Origin: Chthonomonadaceae bacterium
Lineage (GTDB): Bacteria > Armatimonadota > Chthonomonadetes > Chthonomonadales > Chthonomonadaceae
DNA length: 64,000 nt
Direction of reading: 5' to 3'
NCBI GenBank assembly: GCA_035650735.1
Contig: DASRGZ010000096.1
Coordinates: forward strand, 23,526-87,525
The notes beneath the pieces were generated by a model. It did no database searches. It saw nothing but the letters and a program-made list of their open reading frames with translations, and had not been told where the DNA came from. A program made the position numbers and the translations under genes. The stretch's first letter is position 1. Every line of letters starts with the position of its first letter. This document shows, in pieces, positions 27,948 through 38,172 of the stretch.

Positions 27948-29240
27948 TTGAGGAAGCTTGTTATGAGCGCAAACACTAGCCATGCGGCAGGCGCGCGGCG
28001 CGTCGTCATCACCGGACTGGGCGCGGTAACCTCGCTGGGACGGACCGCCGAAGCGCTCTGGAAGGCTTGCCTGGCCGGATGCTCCGGCGTGGCGCCCATC
28101 ACCGGATTCGATGCGACCGGCTACACCACGCGCTTCGCCGCCGAAATCAAGGACTGGGACCCCGCGCCCTATATGGACCGCAAAGAGGCCCGGCGCATGG
28201 ATCGGTTCATTCAATTTGCCGTCGCCGCCGCAAGCATGGCTCTGGAAGACTCCGGCCTGACGATAGATGACGCTAATCGGGACCGGGTGGGCGTCTATAT
28301 CGGTTCGGGCATCGGGGGGCTTGCCAGCATCGAAGAGCAGCACAAGGTGCTCCTGGAGCGCGGGCCGGGGCGCATCAGCCCGTTCCTGATTCCGGGCATC
28401 ATCTGCGACATGGGCGCCGGAATGGTCTCTATTCTGACCGGAGCGCGCGGGCCCAACTCCTGCGTGACGACGGCCTGCGCCACCGGCACCAACAGCATCG
28501 GGGACGCCTATGAGATCATCCGGCGCGGCGGCGCGGATGCGATGATCGCGGGCGGCACAGAGGCGTGCATCACGCCGCTGGGCATGGCCGGGTTCTGCGC
28601 GGCGCGCTCGCTCTCGACCCGCAACGACGCGCCAGAACGGGCCAGCCGTCCGTTCGATGCCGGGCGCGACGGCTTCGTGATGGGCGAGGGCAGCGGCGTC
28701 GTCATCCTGGAGTCGCTGGAGTCGGCGCAGGCGCGGGGCGCGCGAATCTATGCCGAGGTCATCGGCTACGGGATGTCGGGCGACGCCTACCATATCACGG
28801 CCCCGGCTCCCAACGGCGAGGGCGCAGCCCGCGCCATGCGCGCCGCTCTGGAGAGCGCGGGCCTCCAGCCGGAGGAGGTAGACTATATCAACGCGCACGG
28901 TACCTCCACCGAGCTAAACGACAAGAACGAGACGGCGGCCATCAAGGCCGTGCTGGGCGAGCACGCCTACAAGATACCGATCAGCTCTACCAAGTCCATG
29001 ACGGGGCATCTCATCGGGGCGGCGGGCGCGGTCGAAACGCTGCTCTGCGCCTTGACCCTCCGTGACGGCATCATTGCGCCCACGATCAACTACGAAACGC
29101 CCGACCCCGACTGCGACCTGGATTATGTGCCGAACCAGTCGCGCAAAGCGGACGTGCGGGTCGCCATGAGCAACTCGTTTGGCTTCGGCGGCCACAACGC
29201 CACCATCATCTTAAAGCGTCTTGAGCCAACCGGGGCTTGA
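27948..29240 (+). CDS. fabF: 3-oxoacyl-ACP synthase II
   Basis: KAS II blocks, including '[14 protein letters not shown]' around the active-site Cys and C-terminal 'NSFGFGGHN'. The ATG at 27963 with GAGGAAG upstream is probably the true start. Confidence 0.9.
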   Translation: MRKLVMSANTSHAAGARRVVITGLGAVTSLGRTAEALWKACLAGCSGVAPITGFDATGYTTRFAAEIKDWDPAPYMDRKEARRMDRFIQFAVAAASMALEDSGLTIDDANRDRVGVYIGSGIGGLASIEEQHKVLLERGPGRISPFLIPGIICDMGAGMVSILTGARGPNSCVTTACATGTNSIGDAYEIIRRGGADAMIAGGTEACITPLGMAGFCAARSLSTRNDAPERASRPFDAGRDGFVMGEGSGVVILESLESAQARGARIYAEVIGYGMSGDAYHITAPAPNGEGAARAMRAALESAGLQPEEVDYINAHGTSTELNDKNETAAIKAVLGEHAYKIPISSTKSMTGHLIGAAGAVETLLCALTLRDGIIAPTINYETPDPDCDLDYVPNQSRKADVRVAMSNSFGFGGHNATIILKRLEPTGA

Positions 29241-29261
29241 TCCGCCAGGGAGGCATATGTC

Positions 29262-29888
29262 ATGACACAGATCGCCAAAACCGAGCCGCTGCCTGAGCCG
29301 CCGCGACAGATGACGTTTGAGGAGTTCCTTGCCTGGGCGGACGAGGACACGCACGCCGAGTGGGTGGATGGAGAGATCATCTTCATGAGTCCGTCCGAGG
29401 ATATTCACCAGATCTTGCTCAAGTGGCTGATTAAGGCTTTAGATGAGTACGTCACGGCGCACGATCTAGGACTTCTCCTTCCAGCGCCGTTCTTAATGCG
29501 GCTGGCCTCGCGACCTTCAGGCCGCGAACCGGATGTTCTCTTCGTGGCAAAAGAGAACTTAGGGCGCAACAAGAGAACTTACCTCGACGGCCCTGCCGAT
29601 CTGGTGATTGAGATCGTCTGCCCGGATAGCCAAACGCGCGACCGCGTGGATAAATTGCGCGAGTACCAGCAGGCCGGTGTGCGCGAGTACTGGCTGATTG
29701 ACCCCCGCAGCCAGCAGGCCGAGTTCTACCAGTTGGGCACGGACGGCAGTTACCGTTCCATCCCCATCAGAGAGGATGGCATCTATCACAGCGCGGTGCT
29801 GGAAGGGCTATGGCTGAAAGTGTCCTGGCTGTGGGAGGAGCCGTTGCCTCCCCTGCTGAGCGTGCTCAAGGAGTGGGGCCTTATTTAG
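29262..29888 (+). CDS. Uma2 family (DUF820) endonuclease
   Basis: 'FEEFLAWADEDTHAEWVDGEII...PDVLFVAKE...ADLVIEIVCPDS..DRVDKLREYQQAGVREYWLIDP' is a PD-(D/E)xK-like Uma2 pattern. Confidence 0.75.
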   Translation: MTQIAKTEPLPEPPRQMTFEEFLAWADEDTHAEWVDGEIIFMSPSEDIHQILLKWLIKALDEYVTAHDLGLLLPAPFLMRLASRPSGREPDVLFVAKENLGRNKRTYLDGPADLVIEIVCPDSQTRDRVDKLREYQQAGVREYWLIDPRSQQAEFYQLGTDGSYRSIPIREDGIYHSAVLEGLWLKVSWLWEEPLPPLLSVLKEWGLI

Positions 29889-30099
29889 TCCCAGTCAGTG
29901 GCAAGCTACATCGCTGTCGAACCGAAAGAGCAGCGTCCCGGAAAAACCGGGACTTTTTTGTTGCCAAAATGCGCCGAACGCCTCAGGCGCGTCTGTGCCG
30001 CTTCCCTTTATAATGAGGTGAAAACCGGCCTGAGTACCAATGCGGCGATGATGGGCTGCCGCATAGTACTCCTATGGGACGGCGAAGGAGGCGATTCCG

Positions 30100-30849
30100 A
30101 TGCGAAGCTTCTGGGCGATGTGCTGGGTGTTGTTCTGGCTGGCCGTTGTGGGCGTGGTGGCCTGGCTGCTGGGATTGGGAGATTTGGTGCGCGCCAGCCT
30201 GTCCGCCGGGCATCTGTTGGACTGGGTGATGGGGTTCCTCTGCTTCCTCTGGCTGCTGGTGATCCTGAAAGCTCCCTGGGATATCTACTTTCAGGCGCAC
30301 GAGGTCGCGTTTGAACTGCAACGCTCTCAGGAGCGCAGAATCGCCATTGCGCCAGGGCGTGAGGAGTACATTCGCAGGCTGAAATGGCGTCTGCTCTGGC
30401 TGGCAATCGGCGCGCATGTGCTGTCGGCGGCGCTGGTGGCGGCGGTGGCGTACTTTGCGCGGCGCGAGGTGGGCTACTACTTTGCGGCGTTCTATCTCGT
30501 CTCGACGGCGTTCCGTCCAGCGGCGGCAGGCTACGTCTATCTGACGCGCAAACTGCGTGCCATCGGCGAGGAGGTACGCTATCCGCGCGAGGATGTGAAG
30601 GAGATGCGTATGCAGGTGCATCTCCATGAGGAGAAACTGCGCGTCCTTTCCGAGCAGGTAGAGCATATGTGGCAGAATCTGGAACGCGAGGCGGCGGCGC
30701 GGGACAGTGTAGACCGTGAGCTGCGCCAGAACATCCATGCCATCAGCCGTGAATTTGAAACGACGGTGAGCCGCCTGACCGATAACCAGGAGGTCCTCCG
30801 GGGCATTCAGGCGTTCGTGCGACTGATCGCGCAGTCCTCCCAACCGTAA
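30100..30849 (+). CDS. Hypothetical membrane protein with C-terminal coiled-coil
   Basis: Several N-terminal transmembrane helices. RBS AAGGAGG lies before the ATG. Confidence 0.5.
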   Translation: MRSFWAMCWVLFWLAVVGVVAWLLGLGDLVRASLSAGHLLDWVMGFLCFLWLLVILKAPWDIYFQAHEVAFELQRSQERRIAIAPGREEYIRRLKWRLLWLAIGAHVLSAALVAAVAYFARREVGYYFAAFYLVSTAFRPAAAGYVYLTRKLRAIGEEVRYPREDVKEMRMQVHLHEEKLRVLSEQVEHMWQNLEREAAARDSVDRELRQNIHAISREFETTVSRLTDNQEVLRGIQAFVRLIAQSSQP

Positions 30850-30959
30850 CGGCAGATTCACCAATCACCGATTGGCGAATCTGATTGATATTCAACGGTT
30901 AGATAGGGAAAGGGGACCGACCTTTCCCTTGGTAGGCCGGTCCCCTCTCTATCCTGGTG

Positions 30960-33041
30960 TTAGGCTTTCGGCGCGGCGGCGTCACCGACCTGCGCTTTGG
31001 CTTTGGCCGGCTCGGCTTCCGGACGGATCTCCACGACGGCCTCGGAGGGCTTGGGCGTAGGTTGGCTCGGCGCGGTCAGCGCTTCTTGCAGTGCGGCCAT
31101 AAAGGCCGGGTTTTCCGCCAGGCTCCGGGCTACTCGCTCGGTCAGTTCCGGCGTCACCTTCGTCGCATCGCCGCCGGTCACCTTCGCAATGGCGGGCTGA
31201 ATCAGGCTCCCGATCTGGGTCAGCAGCCCGCTTACCGCGTCGCCGCCCGTCCCGTTGGCGCTATGCCCGTTGGCAAGGGGCGTTCCCGCGCCGTTCGCCC
31301 CGTTGACGAAGCCCTCGATCATGGCGCGCAGGCCGAAGCCCTTGGCCATGTTGTCCAGCATCATCGAGGCTGTCTCCGGCGTGCCGTAGAGGGTCATGTG
31401 GCCGTTGGCGAGGAAGCTGGCCAGGGCGCGGGCAAACTCCATCTGTACGTCGCGGCTGGCCTGGATGGTGAGCTTCTGTACCTCTAGCTGGATGCCGGCC
31501 TCGGCAAACTGCTGGCGGTTCTCCAACTGCTGCCGCTCGACGGCCACTTTGGCCTGCTCCACGTTGACCTGCTCGCGGGCCACGTCCACCGCAACCATCT
31601 GCTGAGCCTTCTCGCCCTTCGCCACCAGTTCCCTGGCCTGGGCCTCCGCCTCGGCGAGTTGCAGCTTGGCCTCCGCCTGCTGCTGCGCCGCATTGCGCTC
31701 GGCCTCGGCCTGCTTGATGCGCGTATAGGCTTCCACATCGGCATTGGTCTGTGAGCGCAGCTTGTCCTGCTCGATCTGCTGGCGGGCGGCGATCAGCTTC
31801 TTGTTGGCCTCGCGCTCGGCCTCCGCCAACTGCATGACGGTCGTGACCTGCTGGCCCGCCTTTTCCCGCTCGGCGGTGGCGCGCAGCGCCTCCTCTTCGG
31901 CTTTGGCGCGGGCGGCCTCCTGCTCGGCAATCACTATCTGCTTCTGCCGGTCGGCCAGGGCTACGCTCTTTTCGCGCTCTACCGTCGCCATCTGCACCTG
32001 CTGGTCCTTGGCGATCTGGGCGGCCTGCACCGCCTGCTCCTGCTGGGCGCGGGCGACCTCGACGGCCTGCTGCCGGGCGATCTCCTGCGCCTGCACCTGT
32101 TTTTCCTTCTCGATCTTGGCCAACTCGATCTGTCGCTGCTGCTGAATCAGCGCCTCCTGCGCCTCGCGCTCCTTATCCGCGCGCACTTTGGCGATCTCGG
32201 TAGCCTGCTGCGCCTCGGCCTCCGCCTGCTTGCGCTCCAGTTCGAGTATCTGCTGGCGCGTCTCCACGTCCTTGAGTCGGCGCGCGCGCTCGGCTTCGCG
32301 CTCCAGGTTGTTGCGCTCCACTGCTGCGGCGGCGGTAATCTCGGTGATCTTGCGCTTGCCCTGCGCGTCGAAGACGTTGTTGTCGCTCAACTCGCCGGGG
32401 TCGGTCTGGTCCAACTCCGAGATCGTCACCGATTCGAGCAGCAGGCCGTTGGATTCCAGGTCGGTCTTGACGTGCTCCTTGACCCGCTCGGCGAACTCGT
32501 CGCGCTTGGTATGGATCTCGAACAGGTCCATCTGCGAGGCGATGGCTCGCAGCGCGGAGACCAGCTTCTCGCTGACCAGCGCCTCGACCGTCTCGGCGTT
32601 GACGCTGTTTTCGCCCAGTGACCGGGCGGCGTTGAGGATGTGCTCCTCGTCGGCCTGCACGCGGATATAGAACTGGGCCATGACGTTGGCGCGCAGGTTA
32701 TCCCGTGTGATCAAGGCGTTTTGCCCGCGCGGGCTGACCCCCAGCTTCATCGTCCGCAGGTTGATCTCCAGGACGCGATGCAGCCAGGGATAGACACGGA
32801 TGCCACCATCCAGCACGACCTTGCTGCCGCCAGCGCCGGTGCGCACGAAGGCTACATCCGCGCTGGTGCGCCGATAGAACGACATCATCGCCGCACCGAG
32901 GCCAACGCCGGTGATGCCTAGCCCGGCAATATCCAGGATGATGCCAACGGGCGTAGATACCGGCAGGCCCATCATTCGTCCCAGCAGCCCCACCAGCACC
33001 ATAGCCAATCCAAGCGCCACACAAAATAATCCCATTCCCAT
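30960..33041 (-). CDS. Flotillin-like SPFH/band-7 protein (YqiK-like) with long Glu/Ala/Gln-rich coiled-coil
   Basis: N-terminal transmembrane segment, an SPFH domain, and ~250 aa of EAQ-rich heptads ('ERKQAEAEAQQATEIAKVRADKEREAQEAL...'). Confidence 0.8.
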   Translation of the reverse strand: MGMGLFCVALGLAMVLVGLLGRMMGLPVSTPVGIILDIAGLGITGVGLGAAMMSFYRRTSADVAFVRTGAGGSKVVLDGGIRVYPWLHRVLEINLRTMKLGVSPRGQNALITRDNLRANVMAQFYIRVQADEEHILNAARSLGENSVNAETVEALVSEKLVSALRAIASQMDLFEIHTKRDEFAERVKEHVKTDLESNGLLLESVTISELDQTDPGELSDNNVFDAQGKRKITEITAAAAVERNNLEREAERARRLKDVETRQQILELERKQAEAEAQQATEIAKVRADKEREAQEALIQQQRQIELAKIEKEKQVQAQEIARQQAVEVARAQQEQAVQAAQIAKDQQVQMATVEREKSVALADRQKQIVIAEQEAARAKAEEEALRATAEREKAGQQVTTVMQLAEAEREANKKLIAARQQIEQDKLRSQTNADVEAYTRIKQAEAERNAAQQQAEAKLQLAEAEAQARELVAKGEKAQQMVAVDVAREQVNVEQAKVAVERQQLENRQQFAEAGIQLEVQKLTIQASRDVQMEFARALASFLANGHMTLYGTPETASMMLDNMAKGFGLRAMIEGFVNGANGAGTPLANGHSANGTGGDAVSGLLTQIGSLIQPAIAKVTGGDATKVTPELTERVARSLAENPAFMAALQEALTAPSQPTPKPSEAVVEIRPEAEPAKAKAQVGDAAAPKA

Positions 33042-33108
33042 TTTCCGGCTCCTCCTTTGCAGCCTGCCGGGTTACTATGAACTCTAGATCTCACCCTTAC
33101 ATGAGAGT

Positions 33109-33951
33109 CTAACGAACCGAGTCGGGTACCTCTTCCACGATCAGATGGCCTTGCGCGTCCATGTCCACGACCAGGGCGCGATGCCCCTTTTCGATGGTCG
33201 GATGGTCGGGCGCGACCCGGCACAACTCGTCATGCAGCGTGCCGTGCTCATCATAAATATGGATGCGTCCGGTGGTCGCGCTGACGGGAAAAGCGATTTT
33301 GCCTGTCAGGCCGAACAGCCCCTCGCGCGACACGATCTGTGTTTCGTCCTGGGGCATGGCCCGCACGATGATCTCTGCCGCCATGCGCGCCCCGATCACG
33401 CCGCCGCCAAAGGCAATGGCGAGCGAGGGCGCCATCTGGGCGAAGGTCGGGTTGTCGGCGTGCAGCAGGAACTGGTTGGCCCAGTAGCCAGCGATGCCCC
33501 ACACCAGACAGAAGGCTTCGAGGATCATGAGCAGCGGAGCGCGGTCCGCACCGATGATATGAAGCACAAAATTCGTCGAAATCGTGATGTTTTCCTTGTT
33601 GGGGCCGTCGCGACTCACCTCCACCTTGCCTATCCGCGCGCGCAGGGTCGGGTGATGATGGGCGTGCGGCGCGGGATGGGCCTGGCTGTCGTGTCCTGTA
33701 GCGTGGTCGGATGGCCCCTGCGCGTGCGTGGCATGCCCGTGACCATGCGCCGCGCCCGCGCCGGCGCTATGGGCTGTGTGCGCCGCCGGCGCCCCGGAAT
33801 GCCCATGCACGACGGCGTGCCCGTGGACCCCATGATGGCCGCCACGATGACCCAGGCGCAGCGAGGAGAGAAGCAGCAAGAAAGCGGCAATAAAGCAGGG
33901 CAGCAGGAAGATCATATACTGCCATTCCAGAAGTTTCGCGGGGCCTCCCAT
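33109..33951 (-). CDS. NfeD-like (YqiJ-type) membrane protein with an unusual His-rich insert
   Basis: Transmembrane helices plus a C-terminal OB-fold-like beta region. Lies immediately upstream of the flotillin gene. ~70-aa His/Gly/Ala-rich segment ('HRGGHHGVHGHAVVHGHSG...HAPAPHAHHHP'). RBS GGAGG lies before the ATG at 33951. Confidence 0.55.
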   Translation of the reverse strand: MGGPAKLLEWQYMIFLLPCFIAAFLLLLSSLRLGHRGGHHGVHGHAVVHGHSGAPAAHTAHSAGAGAAHGHGHATHAQGPSDHATGHDSQAHPAPHAHHHPTLRARIGKVEVSRDGPNKENITISTNFVLHIIGADRAPLLMILEAFCLVWGIAGYWANQFLLHADNPTFAQMAPSLAIAFGGGVIGARMAAEIIVRAMPQDETQIVSREGLFGLTGKIAFPVSATTGRIHIYDEHGTLHDELCRVAPDHPTIEKGHRALVVDMDAQGHLIVEEVPDSVR

Positions 33952-34305
33952 GATAGTTCCGACCTCCTTTGCACACAAATTGCGCGCTATGCTTCACTGC
34001 ACGGAGATAGTCTAAATACTTGCGTCACTCGGTGTCAATTGCATTTTATACAGGAAAGGTGTTAATTTTGTCACAGGTGGTAAATAAGCGATAGATAGCA
34101 AATTAGCGCGCCTGAATCGAGAGTCCCTGTGGTTACTGTTCCTGTGGGGAGATTGCTTTTCCTGCGGGAATCCAGAGGGCCTTCCATTGTTGTTGCGGGC
34201 GGCTCACTTTTGACAATCTAATCCGCTCCTTTCTCTATCTCGTAATCAGCGGATCAGAGAATCAAAAGTCATGAGCCGCCCGATATGGAAATGCGCGTGC
34301 TTACC

Positions 34306-35970
34306 TTATTGTTTCGGGAGGGGGTCGGTCAAGTGCGGTATGACGATTCGGTCAGCCATCGGCTCATTCTTGGGCGTCGGCAAGGGCAGGGTGCGTAACG
34401 TTTGCAGCGCCGCCTGCTCGCTCCCACCCTCCGAGGCCAGATCGATCAGGGAGTGAAGCTGAATAAGGGAAAAAGGCCTGTCAATCACATGCGACGTCTT
34501 CTGACCGGGCCATTTGATCAGCAGGGGCACATGGTAGACCCAGCCTGGCATCTGGCGGGTGTTCGGGTCGGGATCATCCCTCCAGGCATGGTCAGCCATC
34601 ACGATAATCAGCGCGTCGTCGAACTTCCCTGCGGCGCGCAGCCCGGTCAGGATCTCGCCCAGGCGCTCATCCAGATGCGCGACCTGCTGACGATAATCCT
34701 GGGGATCGTCGTCAAGCTCTCCGCGGCGCACCGCCTCAGCGCTGTAGGTGAATGGCGGGCGCGCGCCTACCTCGTGGATAAAGGCGAAGGTGTTGCGCGG
34801 GCACTCCTGTATCAATTGGAGGGCTTGCGAGTGGACGAACTGTTCCATTTCAACGAAACGCCATCCGCGCGATTCGATGGCGCGCGCTTTTAGCCGAAAG
34901 CTGATCGGGTCCTGCGCGAACCGCCAGTTGTTCTCCACGTTCCACCATACCATCGCTAGCGGGCCGCGCTCTACCGGAAAGAGCGAAATGGATTGGCAAT
35001 AATCCACGCTGTCGCCCAGCAGGAACCGATAAGGCAGGTAGAAGCCGATAAGCGCCGTGTTGTAGCCGTGCTCGCGGGCCCTCGTAAAGAGGTTGGGGGA
35101 GGTGGCGGTTGGAGTCAGGGCGGGGCCGTCGGCGAAGTACGTTTTCCCGCCCCGCAGGACCATAGGCAGATCGGTTTGGTAAAGGATCTTGGGCAGGGAG
35201 CGCTTCGTATAGGGCGCCTCCGATTGCGCCTCACGGAAGACGAACGCCTGGTCCGCCAATTCCCGGACATGGACCAGAGAGGGCAGGAACTGACCGTTCT
35301 CTGTGCTGCGCGCGTAAGACCATTCATCCAGCAGCACGAGAAAAATGGGCCTGCTCCGGGCGGAGGCGGGCCGGTCCCAATGGGGATGTTCAGGAGCGAT
35401 GCGATACGTGGAGGCGGTAAGCAGTTGATAGAACAGAATCGGGACGAGCGCCGAGAACGTGAGCGCAACACTCCTGGCGGTCTGAAGCGCCCTGTCGCGC
35501 CGCCGCCAAGCGAAGAGCGCCACACCGGCCACCAGAAGCGCCCACGTAAGCTCTGAGTTGTACGGGCTATGGCGTATCTTGGGGATGTAAGGTATGGCGT
35601 ATGGAACGATCGGGGTCACGAGCGCGATGAGGTAAAGATAGCGATAACATTGGCGCAGCCCCCGCAGTCGGCGGCTTGTGGACAGAGCGGCATCTATGCC
35701 GACGGCGAGCAGCGCCAGCGCCATGATGATCAGCACAAGCACAATTCCGTGTTCGTGCTCCCAGTACATAAAGAAACGATTCTCGTCCCCAATAATCGCC
35801 GCGATCTGGCGCCCGAAGAAGCACGTGGCTGCAAACAGCGCCAGCACGAAACGGATCAGAAGCCGTTGGATCGCGCTGCGCGCTGGCTCGGATCCAGGCC
35901 GAGATCGGTGGGCATCCGGAGGGGGCGTGGGAGGAGGTTGGGTCGCAACAACAGGTGGGTCTTTGATCAT
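34306..35970 (-). CDS. Membrane-anchored sulfatase-like protein (LTA-synthase / phosphoethanolamine-transferase-like, alkaline-phosphatase superfamily)
   Basis: Multiple N-terminal transmembrane helices, then a sulfatase domain ('IFLVLLDEWSY', 'IIVMADHAWRDDPD'). Start uncertain between 35970 and 36072. Confidence 0.6.
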   Translation of the reverse strand: MIKDPPVVATQPPPTPPPDAHRSRPGSEPARSAIQRLLIRFVLALFAATCFFGRQIAAIIGDENRFFMYWEHEHGIVLVLIIMALALLAVGIDAALSTSRRLRGLRQCYRYLYLIALVTPIVPYAIPYIPKIRHSPYNSELTWALLVAGVALFAWRRRDRALQTARSVALTFSALVPILFYQLLTASTYRIAPEHPHWDRPASARSRPIFLVLLDEWSYARSTENGQFLPSLVHVRELADQAFVFREAQSEAPYTKRSLPKILYQTDLPMVLRGGKTYFADGPALTPTATSPNLFTRAREHGYNTALIGFYLPYRFLLGDSVDYCQSISLFPVERGPLAMVWWNVENNWRFAQDPISFRLKARAIESRGWRFVEMEQFVHSQALQLIQECPRNTFAFIHEVGARPPFTYSAEAVRRGELDDDPQDYRQQVAHLDERLGEILTGLRAAGKFDDALIIVMADHAWRDDPDPNTRQMPGWVYHVPLLIKWPGQKTSHVIDRPFSLIQLHSLIDLASEGGSEQAALQTLRTLPLPTPKNEPMADRIVIPHLTDPLPKQ

Positions 35971-35975
35971 AGCTC

Positions 35976-37424
35976 TCAGCTTCGCTTGCGTAGGATGAAA
36001 AGCGTGCGGGGTGAGCCGGCGATAGGCTCTTCCGAAACGAGGGTGAACCGCTCTTGAAATACCTGGCGGCATCGATCCAATGTCAGGTCGCCGAAAAGAT
36101 CCACGCGGAATTTCATCAGGCGGCGGAACATCACGTCGTCGGTCGGCACGTACTCGAGCACCAGGTAATCCTGCGTCATCGAGTAGAACAGGTCCCGGAT
36201 GGCCGGCAGAGAGAGATTGCCTGTCACGAGAAGGTGATGCATCAACGCCAGGGCCAGGACGCAGTCTACATCGAGCCGCTGCAGGAAGCCAGGCCGTTCC
36301 TCATTGCGATATCCGATGGCCGGGCTGGGATTGGTCAGGTCTATTACCAGTGGGGTGATGGCAGCGGGCGACCGCCGCAGACGCCGATACAGGATCTCCA
36401 CCGCGTCGTGATCGCCGTCGGCGGCAAGCACTTGCGCTCCGCATTCGGCGGCGAGATAACTGTAATCGCCCGTATTGCAGCCCATATCGAGCACGCGCGC
36501 CGGGCGGGCCGCCTCAAGAAACTGCCGAACCAGCGCTCTCTTGGCCTGCTGGGCCTCGTCGTCATAGGAGCAGGTGGAGGTATACTCCGCCCAGACGCCG
36601 CGGGGCTTATAGCTGTCGGCCAGCCTCTTGATCTTGGAGCGCAGCCGCCGCAAGTTCATTACCTGGGGGGCCGCATCGCGATTGGCGCGCTCCAGCATCT
36701 CGGACCCGCCGGCGGCGGACCGATCCGCTTTCCGACTCAGCAGCAGAGGCAGGGTAAAGTCCAGCAACAGTCCGGGCCGCAGACGATCCACCCAGCCCAG
36801 GAGGCGTCCCATTTCCTCCAGGCTGCGCCCGTCTAAATGCGTCAGGAAATAGGAGCGCAAGTCCCATCCATGATAGCGGCACAGCAGCAGGGGATAGGTG
36901 AACATGCGCTGGAACTGGCCCAACGCAAACCAGATATCCAGGCGCGCGGGGCGTTCAATAGAGGACAGATCGATGAATTGGGGCCGGCCCGCCACAAATT
37001 GGATATTGTAGGCGCTGGCGTCTTTCAGCGAGCAGCCGGCCTCAAGCAGCCGCAGTTGCAGGTCGAGGGTGCAGAGGGCCGCATCTGCCAGCATGGAGAC
37101 GGACCACTCGTAGGGATAGCTGATCTGGGGCACGATCTGGTGCTCCAGGAAATGCTGGTAACCCGGACTCTCCGCCGCCAGCGTCTGCCGGAGCGCTGGA
37201 TCCTCAATAAGGCAGGTGGGTACGAGCAGGCCCGCTGCGATCAGCTTTGTCCACAGCCCTTTTTCCACCAGTGCCATGAGCGCGGCGTAACAGTCCGTGT
37301 CTATCGCCCGGAACAAGCGGCCCTCTCGCCGGAAGACGTAGCCGGAGGGATCGCGGAAAGAGCCTGGTATCCGCTCACTGGCCCCGGAACCCTGGCGCAT
37401 GAGCGTGGCTGCTTCAGGCATCAC
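35976..37424 (-). CDS. Class I SAM-dependent methyltransferase with a ~300-aa N-terminal domain of unknown function
   Basis: C-terminal 'ARVLDMGCNTGDYS...VLAADGDHDAV' is SAM-binding motif I plus post-I. Overlaps the downstream gene. Confidence 0.6.
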   Translation of the reverse strand: MMPEAATLMRQGSGASERIPGSFRDPSGYVFRREGRLFRAIDTDCYAALMALVEKGLWTKLIAAGLLVPTCLIEDPALRQTLAAESPGYQHFLEHQIVPQISYPYEWSVSMLADAALCTLDLQLRLLEAGCSLKDASAYNIQFVAGRPQFIDLSSIERPARLDIWFALGQFQRMFTYPLLLCRYHGWDLRSYFLTHLDGRSLEEMGRLLGWVDRLRPGLLLDFTLPLLLSRKADRSAAGGSEMLERANRDAAPQVMNLRRLRSKIKRLADSYKPRGVWAEYTSTCSYDDEAQQAKRALVRQFLEAARPARVLDMGCNTGDYSYLAAECGAQVLAADGDHDAVEILYRRLRRSPAAITPLVIDLTNPSPAIGYRNEERPGFLQRLDVDCVLALALMHHLLVTGNLSLPAIRDLFYSMTQDYLVLEYVPTDDVMFRRLMKFRVDLFGDLTLDRCRQVFQERFTLVSEEPIAGSPRTLFILRKRS

Positions 37425-37620
37425 CTTTACCGCTTTCCTGCGTCAAGGCATGGGCGCTCTCATGCGAAGCCTCGGCCTGCAGCGAGTCGGTCTTCTTGCG
37501 CCAGGTGAAGATACGGGACACGCGCCAGAGGAGACCTAGCATTCCAGCGAGAAGGGCCTGGAGGACAAGGGAGCCTGAGGCCGGGTCGATGTAAAGAAGG
37601 TCCTGGATCGAGAAAGACAT
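37414..37620 (-). CDS. Small membrane protein (68 aa), possible first gene of the methyltransferase/sulfatase operon
   Basis: Single hydrophobic helix. 11-nt overlap with the methyltransferase start. Confidence 0.3.
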   Translation of the reverse strand: MSFSIQDLLYIDPASGSLVLQALLAGMLGLLWRVSRIFTWRKKTDSLQAEASHESAHALTQESGKGDA

Positions 37621-38172
37621 TTTTTACTCTCCTTCTTTGGTTCCTTGCTCCTGATTTCAAAGTGCGGGCGTAGGATGTCTCCGTGCCTCTACTGCCGACA
37701 GGGAGGCGAGGTAGGGGTATCCACACGGGCACAAACCTGTGGGAAAATGGCCCCAGCTTGCCAGAGGCACCGCAAGAGGGTGAAAAAGACCGAAACGCGG
37801 GAGTGGTGGATACAGCGCGTCCCGTTTTCCGTTATTGCAAGAATTGTGCCAGAATGCGCGTTATCAGGCTCGAAGGCCGGTTTTCTTGCGTAGAGGCGTT
37901 CCTCTAGAGTCCTTCTGCGCCGAAACTCCCCTCCCTTCGGCAGATTGATCATTGCCTTCCAATAGAGTATAATAGGGGCAGAATACTGTAGGTATTCACA
38001 GTTTTGCTTGTCTTTGATTGTACTGTTTAGGCGCGATTCGGTAGAAGCGGTGATTTAGATTGGTCTATGGTGGCAGCCGGGGCGATAGGACGCCCGGCCT
38101 TTTGTGCTGTCCGGGCACTCTGGGCCTTCCTGAATTGCGTTTTTTGTTAGGCAACCAACAGGAGAATAGTGC

